From positions 1 to 16,150 of the forward strand of contig RDOA01000065.1 in assembly GCA_011364925.1 (NCBI GenBank): 16,150 nucleotides of DNA. Reading direction: 5' to 3'. This document shows positions 8,399 to 15,729 of the stretch, piece after piece. The DNA is from Promethearchaeota archaeon (GTDB lineage Archaea; Asgardarchaeota; Lokiarchaeia; Sigyniarchaeales; SOKP01). Position 1 is the first letter of the stretch. Each line of letters opens with the position of its first letter. The position numbers and the translations under genes were made by a program. A model generated the notes under the pieces. The model made no database searches, was not told where the DNA came from, and saw only the letters and a program-made list of their open reading frames with translations.

Positions 8399-9490
8399 AT
8401 GAATCTAAAAAAATCCCTTAAATTATTCTTAGGTTTCTTTTTAAGGTGGACCGGTTTTCCTGTAGAACCGACCCTTTTAAAAATCGGAAACCCAACAAAA
8501 GAAAGTCCCGTTTTTGTCACTTGTAATTTTAATCTCACTGTAAAGCGAGTTTTAAAGGCACTAAAAGATCTTGACTGTTATTTATTAATTGCTCCTTCTA
8601 ATGGAATAAATGTGTGGTGTGGAGCGTGTGGTGACGATTTCCACACCGATTCTGTCTTGTCCATTATAAAAACCAGTGGAATCGATGATCTTGTGGAGCA
8701 TAGAACATTAATTTTACCGCAATTAAGCGCTCCAGGTATGGATCCAATTAGTATTAAGAAAAAGTCTGGTTGGAATGTAAAATTTGGACCTGTATACGCT
8801 AAAGATATCTACTCATACGTAGAGAACCAGTTCAATAAATCAGAATCACAGCGAATAGTGAGATTTCCAATCTCAAAAAGATTAGAAATGGCGTCTCTGT
8901 ATTTTTTTCTTTTGTTTCTTTTAACTTCCGCTGTTTATTGGATTGTTGCGATTTTTTTACCAATTTTAAATTTATTTCTTTATTTAGATACTGTTCTAAT
9001 CTTAATAGGTCTAATTTACGGCCCTATGCTAATCTTGCCGAGCATTACATGGAAAACGGGAAAACTAAAAATCTGGATTTACGAGGTAATAGCGCTTTCA
9101 TTAATAATATTGTTTAACCTATTTATTAGGTTTGACCTTCTTTATCTAATATGGAATATTGTTGCTTCGCTTTTAATTTCACTAATAATGGCTGAAGATT
9201 TTCATGGCTTAACTCCAATTTTTAAAAGTGAAATAGGTGCAAAAATCTGGAAGAAAGGTGGGGACAAAATGAGATTTTTGTTCGGTGAATATAAATTGCA
9301 GCCGTATGGTCAAATAACTCTTGAGCGAGATAAGTGTATTGGATGTAAAGTATGCATAGAAGTATGTCCTCGAAATTTATACGCATTTAATAAAGATGAT
9401 GATAAAGTAGATTTAAGAAACTCAGAAAAATGTATAAATTGTAATGCTTGCGTTAAAAGGTGTTTAGCTCAATGCCTTGAAATAAAATAA
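8399..9490 (+). CDS. Fused HgcAB-like protein: CdhD/AcsC-type corrinoid-binding domain + about 4 TM helices + 2[4Fe-4S] ferredoxin
   Basis: IGNPTKESPVFVTCNFNLT, cap helix GINVWCGACG, HRTLILPQLSAPG and VKFGPVYAKDI are HgcA-like. A hydrophobic block ending DFHGLTP is followed by CIGCKVCIEVCP and CINCNACVKRCL. Confidence 0.9.
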   Translation: MNLKKSLKLFLGFFLRWTGFPVEPTLLKIGNPTKESPVFVTCNFNLTVKRVLKALKDLDCYLLIAPSNGINVWCGACGDDFHTDSVLSIIKTSGIDDLVEHRTLILPQLSAPGMDPISIKKKSGWNVKFGPVYAKDIYSYVENQFNKSESQRIVRFPISKRLEMASLYFFLLFLLTSAVYWIVAIFLPILNLFLYLDTVLILIGLIYGPMLILPSITWKTGKLKIWIYEVIALSLIILFNLFIRFDLLYLIWNIVASLLISLIMAEDFHGLTPIFKSEIGAKIWKKGGDKMRFLFGEYKLQPYGQITLERDKCIGCKVCIEVCPRNLYAFNKDDDKVDLRNSEKCINCNACVKRCLAQCLEIK

Positions 9491-9548
9491 ATATAATGTA
9501 AGGTTAGATAAAACATATAAAAATTGATATTAGGTGGTTATATTGTCC

Positions 9549-10109
9549 ATGTCAAACGAGAATAATGCGAATAAAGATGATTTGCCGCGACCTGGATCCG
9601 TGTTGTATAATTTTAATTATCAAGACGAAGCGACCAGGAAAAAAATGTTAAGAAGATGGAAAAACCTAAATAAATATTTAATGATCCCATTGTATAGAGC
9701 AAGGATCTTGCCATTATTAGGTTTCGGAAAGATTATACTGATTCTAAAGACAAAAGGATGGAAAACAGGAAAGATAAGAAGAACTCCACTAGAATATCGA
9801 CGATACGAAGGAACAATTATTATTTTTGCTGCAAGAGGCGAGAACGCAACTTGGCTAAAAAGTATACGGGCAAATCCAGAGGATGTGTCGGTTCTGCGTG
9901 GATTTCGTAAATTTACTCCGCGCGTAGAAATTGTTTCAGATATAAACCAAAAAGTTTCAATTGCGAAATGGTACATAACAAAATACGGAAGGGCAGCAAA
10001 ATTACTATTCGGTTGGGACCCTAAAAACGACAATCTAGAAACAACTAATTTTCTAAAATTAGCAGACATTTTAACTATGGTTCTTCTTCATAAAAAGGTT
10101 GATTTATAG
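9549..10109 (+). CDS. Deazaflavin (F420)-dependent nitroreductase family protein (Ddn/FDOR-A, DUF385-like)
   Basis: LILKTKGWKTGKIRRTPL and WLKSIRANP motifs. Start moved from GTG 9534 to ATG 9549 because AGGTGG (9532-9537) looks like its SD. Confidence 0.8.
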   Translation: MSNENNANKDDLPRPGSVLYNFNYQDEATRKKMLRRWKNLNKYLMIPLYRARILPLLGFGKIILILKTKGWKTGKIRRTPLEYRRYEGTIIIFAARGENATWLKSIRANPEDVSVLRGFRKFTPRVEIVSDINQKVSIAKWYITKYGRAAKLLFGWDPKNDNLETTNFLKLADILTMVLLHKKVDL

Positions 10110-10299
10110 CTCTTAAAAAACTATTTTCATTTTATTTTAGAAATCTCTTTTTATTTCATTGATCTTTAGTTGAATTCTATAACTTTTAAGAAGTAATCTA
10201 ATTATGTCTAATCTTTTACTAAAATGTTAAATATTAAGTTGATAAATAATACCATGTCCAATGTTTTAGAAAATCATATACATAGAACAGTGTATAAAA

Positions 10300-10797
10300 T
10301 TGAAAAAGAAAGTAAAGTTAAATTTAATCTTATTGATCTCTACTGCTATACTTCTATCGTCCTCTTCAATTACACCTCAAACTATGGCACAAGAAAGCAT
10401 AACAATTTGGGCAAGCGGGTGTATTGTTTGTAATCAAGAAAATAATTATTTTTTTGTAAATTGGACTTCTACGGGTACAATTCCCCAGATATCGATCTTT
10501 ATTTACAATTTAACCTTGACGACTCTGGAATACACGGTCGTAGATGGGACGACAAATGATGGTACTTTTGGCTGGAATTTTCCTGCTTCTCATACACTTG
10601 ATGGAGAATATTATTTATTAGTGTGTGATACCAGTAATCATAATGTAAATGATACTCGTTTAATACATGTATATCCAATACAGACATATCCTCCACCACC
10701 TATACCCGGATTTCCTGTGTTAATAGTTGGATTGATAATTGGAATAACAAGCATAATAGTAGCCATCCCTTTAACTAAAAAATTAAGAAAGAGATAA
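10300..10797 (+). CDS. Secreted surface-anchored beta-sandwich protein with IPGF-TM-basic C-terminal sorting signal (PGF-/Loki-CTERM-like)
   Basis: TTG start; signal peptide MKKKVKLNLILLISTAILL; VNWTSTG...TTNDGTFGWNFP...GEYYLLV (Kre9/KNH-like); PPPP linker; IPGFPVLIVGLIIGITSIIVAIPL-TKKLRKR; sequons NWT, NLT, NDT. Confidence 0.78.
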   Translation: MKKKVKLNLILLISTAILLSSSSITPQTMAQESITIWASGCIVCNQENNYFFVNWTSTGTIPQISIFIYNLTLTTLEYTVVDGTTNDGTFGWNFPASHTLDGEYYLLVCDTSNHNVNDTRLIHVYPIQTYPPPPIPGFPVLIVGLIIGITSIIVAIPLTKKLRKR

Positions 10798-10811
10798 TTT
10801 ACTTTATCTTA

Positions 10812-10819
10812 TTTTTTTT
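10812..10819 (+). terminator. Oligo-T (T8) putative terminator
   Basis: T8 run 15 nt after the stop at 10797, between convergent genes. Confidence 0.5.
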
Positions 10820-10864
10820 ATTTTCTTGTTATTTACTTGAATTATACAAATTTCAAGAAAAGAA

Positions 10865-11383
10865 CTAACGCTCTTGAGGGATCGTAACGATAAAAGAACC
10901 AGTTTCTATATTCTTACGCAGTTCATTAAGACTAAATCCTAATCCATAGCAGAAAAGTTTCCTATTAGGAACGATTTTTATAAACACTACTCCTTCTTCT
11001 TTATCGTTTCTCTTATTTACCTCTTTTAAGTTCATTTTGAGAATTTTAGAGCCCGAGCTAAACGATTCCTGAGCATCCTTATCGCTAAAAGGCAAAATTT
11101 CTGCTGTACCTTGGAATTGAACGCACGATGCTGGTACGAATCTCAAAATATGATGAGGAAAAGGAATTACAAATGAAACGGAATCATTTATTTCTATATT
11201 CTTAACCTTCTTATAATTTCTATGCGTTAGAATGTATAACGCAAAGTGAGCTTTAGAAGACGCTACTGCATATACTATCCCTGTGGAATGAGAATGACCG
11301 TTTTTACCAATCGTGCTAATTATGCCAAATGATCTCTTTCTAATCTGCTTTTCAACAAATTCAAAATTTTGTTTTTTACTCAT
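10865..11383 (-). CDS. Pyridoxamine 5'-phosphate oxidase-like (split beta-barrel flavin/F420-binding) protein
   Basis: FGIISTIGKNGHSHSTGIVY, KKVKNIEINDSVSF, VQFQGTAEIL and FIKIVP match the PNPOx-like fold pattern. Confidence 0.75.
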   Translation of the reverse strand: MSKKQNFEFVEKQIRKRSFGIISTIGKNGHSHSTGIVYAVASSKAHFALYILTHRNYKKVKNIEINDSVSFVIPFPHHILRFVPASCVQFQGTAEILPFSDKDAQESFSSGSKILKMNLKEVNKRNDKEEGVVFIKIVPNRKLFCYGLGFSLNELRKNIETGSFIVTIPQER

Positions 11384-11407
11384 TTTAATCTACTTTTCGT
11401 ATTTTAA

Positions 11408-11429
11408 ATATTCGTTAGTAAACGAATAT
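11408..11429. promoter_or_regulatory. 9-bp perfect inverted repeat (operator or terminator hairpin)
   Basis: ATATTCGTT-AGTA-AACGAATAT, between the stop at 11432 and a - strand TTTAAAAT box (11401-11408) upstream of the 11383 start. Confidence 0.45.
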
Positions 11430-11431
11430 GT

Positions 11432-11869
11432 TCATTTTAACTCAATTAACGGCTTTTTTTTAAAATAACCAACGACTAAAAGAATGAAAATCACGCTACA
11501 CGCTAAAAGCTCAAAAGAACTAAAAGGTACAAACACAATCGAGAGTATCATCGTAATAATTAGACTTACGATACCAATCCAAAAACCCCATAATCGATTT
11601 TTAAATAGCCCTACTGCAGAAACCACCCGCATCAAAGTAAACGCCCAAAAAATGGGTGCTAAAGATAAAGGCTGAGATTCTAGAAGGGTTTGAATCAATT
11701 GCACCTCAAAATTAAAGATTAGAAGTAAGTTAGGAACTACATTTAAAATCATTAAGAGAACCACGATGCTGTCTGCCATTTCAAGTACAGAATAAATTAG
11801 CATTAGAATTGATGCTACGAACAGAGACTTATTATTTTTAATACCAAGGTGATCTTTTATATCATTCAT
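11432..11869 (-). CDS. Hypothetical membrane protein (about 4 TM)
   Basis: 145 aa with hydrophobic helices, a GLFKNRLWGFW loop and a basic C-tail. AGGA SD; 20 bp downstream of the ICMT-like gene. Confidence 0.7.
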   Translation of the reverse strand: MNDIKDHLGIKNNKSLFVASILMLIYSVLEMADSIVVLLMILNVVPNLLLIFNFEVQLIQTLLESQPLSLAPIFWAFTLMRVVSAVGLFKNRLWGFWIGIVSLIITMILSIVFVPFSSFELLACSVIFILLVVGYFKKKPLIELK

Positions 11870-11889
11870 AGAGCAATTCCTTTTGTTCC

Positions 11890-12798
11890 TTACTCTCCTC
11901 CTAATATGAACCTAAAAAAGGAACCCCAGTCTCTTATATGGGCAAAAAACGCAGGAGTTTTCCTCCTATATTCTACATATGAATCTCCAAACCGATTAAT
12001 CAATTCCTTTTCTTCTACAAAATGAATATGTATAAACATCCCGAAATACAATATTAAGAAAAACAAAATTGAGTATATCGTTAAGTGAATAAATGTTCCA
12101 CCTAGACAAACCATTAAAAGTCCACTATATGTTGGATGTCGTAAAACAGAGTAAATTTTGTGATCTTGTAATTCGCTTTCTTCGGGAAAATAGAGGTAAA
12201 CGACAGTCATATAGTCAAATCCAAAAGTAAATATAGCACGAACTGCCATTGCAACTCCCAAAATAGTGAAGAACGCTCCTAATAAGAAACGGAAATATCC
12301 AAGAAGCAGAGAAATTGGTGTTAGATAAGAGGTTAAAGGGGTTACAAATAGTGAAAAGGGAAACTGTGACCAGAAAGAAGGATTGCTTTGATTAGTAGCT
12401 AGAAAATTATGCACTACGATACTAAAAAGAAGAACAACACCAGCGAATCCCACAAGGAATATTCTTTGGTACGATAATTTACCATACTTCGCTTTTAACC
12501 GTTCGCGTTGATACCACATTTGATACACTAAAAATATCGCGATACCGCCAATAATTACAACTCCCAAAACAGGAAATACGATCGTGTAATATCCCGCTGT
12601 TCCATTTACTGGAATTAAAGAGGGAATTATATCAAAATAAATCTGAGTTGTTAGACTTAATCCAAAAACCACTAAAACGTATAACGGTAGGATAATTATC
12701 TTTTTCCCAGACAGCATAGGTATTTTTTCCAGAAATTTATCTAATCCTTTTAGCTTCAGATTGATCACGAGTCTAATATATGAAATATAACCATTCAA
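11890..12798 (-). CDS. Isoprenylcysteine carboxyl methyltransferase/PEMT-family membrane methyltransferase with an extended N-terminal TM region
   Basis: IYSVLRHPTYSG and EEKELINRFGDSYVEYRRKTP motifs. The true start may be GTG 12768 or CTG 12759. Confidence 0.82.
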   Translation of the reverse strand: MNGYISYIRLVINLKLKGLDKFLEKIPMLSGKKIIILPLYVLVVFGLSLTTQIYFDIIPSLIPVNGTAGYYTIVFPVLGVVIIGGIAIFLVYQMWYQRERLKAKYGKLSYQRIFLVGFAGVVLLFSIVVHNFLATNQSNPSFWSQFPFSLFVTPLTSYLTPISLLLGYFRFLLGAFFTILGVAMAVRAIFTFGFDYMTVVYLYFPEESELQDHKIYSVLRHPTYSGLLMVCLGGTFIHLTIYSILFFLILYFGMFIHIHFVEEKELINRFGDSYVEYRRKTPAFFAHIRDWGSFFRFILGGE

Positions 12799-12892
12799 AA
12801 GGGTATAAATACTTTGGGCTTATAGAAAGTTATTTCCATGAGAGTTCATCTGCTAAATAATTTTAATTAGATGTTCATGTTATTTTTAATAT

Positions 12893-13576
12893 ATGAGTAA
12901 TCGTGGAGAAAGTAGTTTTGTCAAATTGCCAAAATTTGCTGCGAAACAATATGACAAAATGATGCAATTAGAGCCAATGAGAGAACAACGGGTTCAAATT
13001 GCTGAGATTTTAATATTACAGATAAATGAAGGAACCCTGCTAGACATTGGAACGGGACATGGAAGATTATTAATTGAAATTAATAAATTAAATCCTAAGA
13101 TTGAGTTATATGGGCTTGATATTTCACAAAAGATGATCGATCTTGCTAAAGCTAATCTTAAAAATATTAATGCTAATTTACAAACTGGGAACATTACATC
13201 TACTAATTACGGGAATGATTATTTTGACCTCGTTACATGTACAGGAAGCTTTTACTTGTGGGATGCTCCGGTAGAAGGATTAAACGAGATTCATCGTATT
13301 TTGAAAACGAAAAAAACAGCAATATTATTTGAGAGTCACAAAGAATATAATGAGTCAAATCTTAAAGAACAAATTAAAAGAAATCTCGCTCGCGAAGGAT
13401 TCATTAATCGAAAATTAGTTCCGCGTTTTTTAAAAAAGCAGCTTAAAATGACCTATGACATAAAGGAATTAGAAGAGATAATTAACAGCTCTTTATTTAA
13501 AAACCATTATTCCATTCAGAAAATTACATTAGTGAACTTGCCAATTTGGTTAAAAATTGAAATAAAAAAGGAATAA
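12893..13576 (+). CDS. Class I SAM-dependent methyltransferase
   Basis: LLDIGTGHG, GLDISQKMI, FDLVTCTGSFYLW, EIHRILK. Confidence 0.88.
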   Translation: MSNRGESSFVKLPKFAAKQYDKMMQLEPMREQRVQIAEILILQINEGTLLDIGTGHGRLLIEINKLNPKIELYGLDISQKMIDLAKANLKNINANLQTGNITSTNYGNDYFDLVTCTGSFYLWDAPVEGLNEIHRILKTKKTAILFESHKEYNESNLKEQIKRNLAREGFINRKLVPRFLKKQLKMTYDIKELEEIINSSLFKNHYSIQKITLVNLPIWLKIEIKKE

Positions 13577-13609
13577 TTTAATTAGTTTCTATTTTGAATC
13601 TTAGAACTG

Positions 13610-14668
13610 TTAATATAAATAAAACCATCTAATAAATGTTAGAGAAAAACCTATCAAAATCGTGGCTAAAAAGATATAAAATAAATACAAATTTGCTTTA
13701 TAATGCCAAGACTTTTTGTTTAAATCTCTTTTTTTTGACTTTTTTAAACCAGTAATAGCGCCGGGTATAATCAATATCATAGAAACTAAAGCAGTTATTC
13801 CATGAATGGTATATAAAATTCCTCCTCTATTGATAATCGTAGAGATTACCCAATAAAAAAAAATGCTTAGAGACATGAGATAAAATCCAATGCCAAACGC
13901 GATATGGAATTTCTTATTTACAAATTTTGGTAAATCGTTAAAAAAAGTTGTAACAGGCGATGTTTTTAGTCCAGACATTAAAGCAATACCCCCTAGAAGA
14001 AAAGAAATCGACATTAATGAAGCATGTAAATACCAATCTGTGAAAACGGTACGATATGCATTATCGCTCCATCCTCGGCTTTCCCAATATCCTATATAGT
14101 CGTAATTCACAATTTCGATTCTTACAACCCATTTCACCCATTTATATCCTAATTGATTTGGGGCAACAACTCTAACAGGAAATCCTTGCTCAACTGGAAG
14201 AGCCTCGTGATTCATTTCGTATGCTAAAATAACATTATCCATACTTGCTTCCTCAATCGTTAATGAAGACGAATAGTCATCTGCTGCGTAAAAAACAACA
14301 TCTACAGCTCCCGTTTGAACTTGTGCTAAATCAAGTAAATTCTTAATAGGAACGCCTTTCCATAAAGCTGTTGCGGAAAACCCATCAACACAATGTAATG
14401 TCGCAACAATTTCTTTTGAAGGTTGAGAAGTAAAATTGGAGTAAGTAAATGTTAAATTATTATTTACATACCCGTCAATGGTTAAATTCCAAGTGTCAGA
14501 AGGCACATATGGAGCTTCTCCCTTGGATACTACAAAAAATTCATCGTTAGGCGTAATTGTAAAGGAGTTAATCGTGAACCCTAAAATCCCAATTAAGGGA
14601 AGACACAGTAAAATAAGAATTCCAATATATTTTAGGTACACATTGCTTTTTCTATCCATAAAACTCAT
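13610..14668 (-). CDS. Sulfite-oxidase-family (MsrP-like) molybdopterin oxidoreductase fused to a 4-TM, 4-His cytochrome b561-like domain
   Basis: WNLTIDG, LHCVDG (Mo-ligand Cys93), WKGVP, LAYEMN, QGFPVRVVAP, GYKWVKWV, GYWESRGW. N-terminal TM; four C-terminal TMs carry H215, H255, H289 and H322. Confidence 0.85.
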   Translation of the reverse strand: MSFMDRKSNVYLKYIGILILLCLPLIGILGFTINSFTITPNDEFFVVSKGEAPYVPSDTWNLTIDGYVNNNLTFTYSNFTSQPSKEIVATLHCVDGFSATALWKGVPIKNLLDLAQVQTGAVDVVFYAADDYSSSLTIEEASMDNVILAYEMNHEALPVEQGFPVRVVAPNQLGYKWVKWVVRIEIVNYDYIGYWESRGWSDNAYRTVFTDWYLHASLMSISFLLGGIALMSGLKTSPVTTFFNDLPKFVNKKFHIAFGIGFYLMSLSIFFYWVISTIINRGGILYTIHGITALVSMILIIPGAITGLKKSKKRDLNKKSWHYKANLYLFYIFLATILIGFSLTFIRWFYLY

Positions 14669-14749
14669 ATAGGTTATCCTAGTTTTAAAATGTTAGGTTG
14701 ACCTTACATAAGTATAAACCGCTTTTATATTATTGACACTGATTACAAT

Positions 14750-15346
14750 TCATTTTCGTAGTTTTGGAAAGATGGCTCCTGTATTTTTACGATATTCGCG
14801 GTATTTATCCCCGAATCGCTCAATAAGATCTTTTTCCTCATAGTAAATCATAATAGGAAAGTACACGACAATAAGTATTGATGAAATAATTATTAAAAAC
14901 CAGGAATTTAACGCAAAACTAAGAGCAACAAATAACGGAAATTCTCCAACCGATTGAGGGTGTCGAATGTATCTATAAATTCCGCTATACATTTCAGTAT
15001 CTTTCGAAGGGCTAAGTGTTTCAGATCCGGCAGCTTTAATGCCCAAATATAACATAATACAGCAAGGAATGGCAATACAAAGCCCGATAATAATTCCAAC
15101 CCATATGTTGGAACTTATTATCCATGTATTTACTATAGGCAAGGGAAACCATATCCAGAGGATTAAATTAACCATGGTGATTAGTTCGAAAAGCCCTCCT
15201 ATACTTCGGAATCTTTTGCAATCCTTCCATGCTTTCTCTCCATGCTTCTTCGCTCTCTTTACGGGTTGAATACTGAGAATGTATAAATAACCCATAAGAA
15301 GACATGCAACTATCAAAGAAATAAAATTAATTATTGCGAAAATCAT
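14750..15346 (-). CDS. Isoprenylcysteine carboxyl methyltransferase/PEMT-family membrane methyltransferase
   Basis: GIYRYIRHPQ and EEKDLIERFGDKYREYRKNTGAIFP motifs; about 5 TMs. Confidence 0.87.
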   Translation of the reverse strand: MIFAIINFISLIVACLLMGYLYILSIQPVKRAKKHGEKAWKDCKRFRSIGGLFELITMVNLILWIWFPLPIVNTWIISSNIWVGIIIGLCIAIPCCIMLYLGIKAAGSETLSPSKDTEMYSGIYRYIRHPQSVGEFPLFVALSFALNSWFLIIISSILIVVYFPIMIYYEEKDLIERFGDKYREYRKNTGAIFPKLRK

Positions 15347-15414
15347 AATGAAAAATATACAAATTTGATACTTATAATAGGGTTATCGATTAAAAAAAGG
15401 TTTGTACTCATAAC

Positions 15415-15582
15415 TTAACTTGAGGTCCATTTTTCATAACTCGCAACTTCTTCTTTGTTTACGATCTGAGTAGGATGACCTGAATGAGCTTTGTCAAATA
15501 GAGATACTTCTTTACTATTTTCGAAATCATTCTCACGAATAGGAACATACTGTTTGCATTTAAAGCATAATTTAACTCTCAT
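15415..15582 (-). CDS. Small 55-aa putative zinc-binding protein (CxxC...HxxH), absent from the ORF track
   Basis: Hand translation: MRVKLCFKCKQYVPIRENDFENSKEVSLFDKAHSGHPTQIVNKEEVASYEKWTSS*. SD-like AGGAAGTGA upstream, T7 run (15392-15398) downstream, fills an otherwise empty gap. Confidence 0.75.
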   Translation of the reverse strand: MRVKLCFKCKQYVPIRENDFENSKEVSLFDKAHSGHPTQIVNKEEVASYEKWTSS

Positions 15583-15729
15583 AGAATGTGGTCACTTCCT
15601 ACGATCTAAAGTAGTTCCAATATACAAGTAATATTCCTAATATTTAACTCTTGTTCAAATAAATCTCTGATCTACAAAAATTTGAAGATTTTGGATTTCA
15701 ATATTGAAGTCTTTATTTGAATTATTAAC

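Noticed and set aside
8399-9490. Calling this a bona fide mercury-methylation hgcA/hgcB locus
   Set aside because: Fused architecture, cap helix NVWCGACG instead of N(V/I)WCA(A/G)GK, and no HgcB C-terminal Cys-Cys tail. Tested organisms with fused homologs have not been shown to methylate Hg.
8353-10699. ORFs 8353-8538 (-), 9620-10069 (-), 10224-10433 (+) and 10499-10699 (-)
   Set aside because: They overlap stronger genes that have clear family motifs and show no independent signals.
11484-15269. ORFs 11484-11675, 12994-13194, 13890-14099, 14478-14672, 14908-15099 and 15039-15269
   Set aside because: Shadow or alternate-frame ORFs of membrane-protein and methyltransferase genes.
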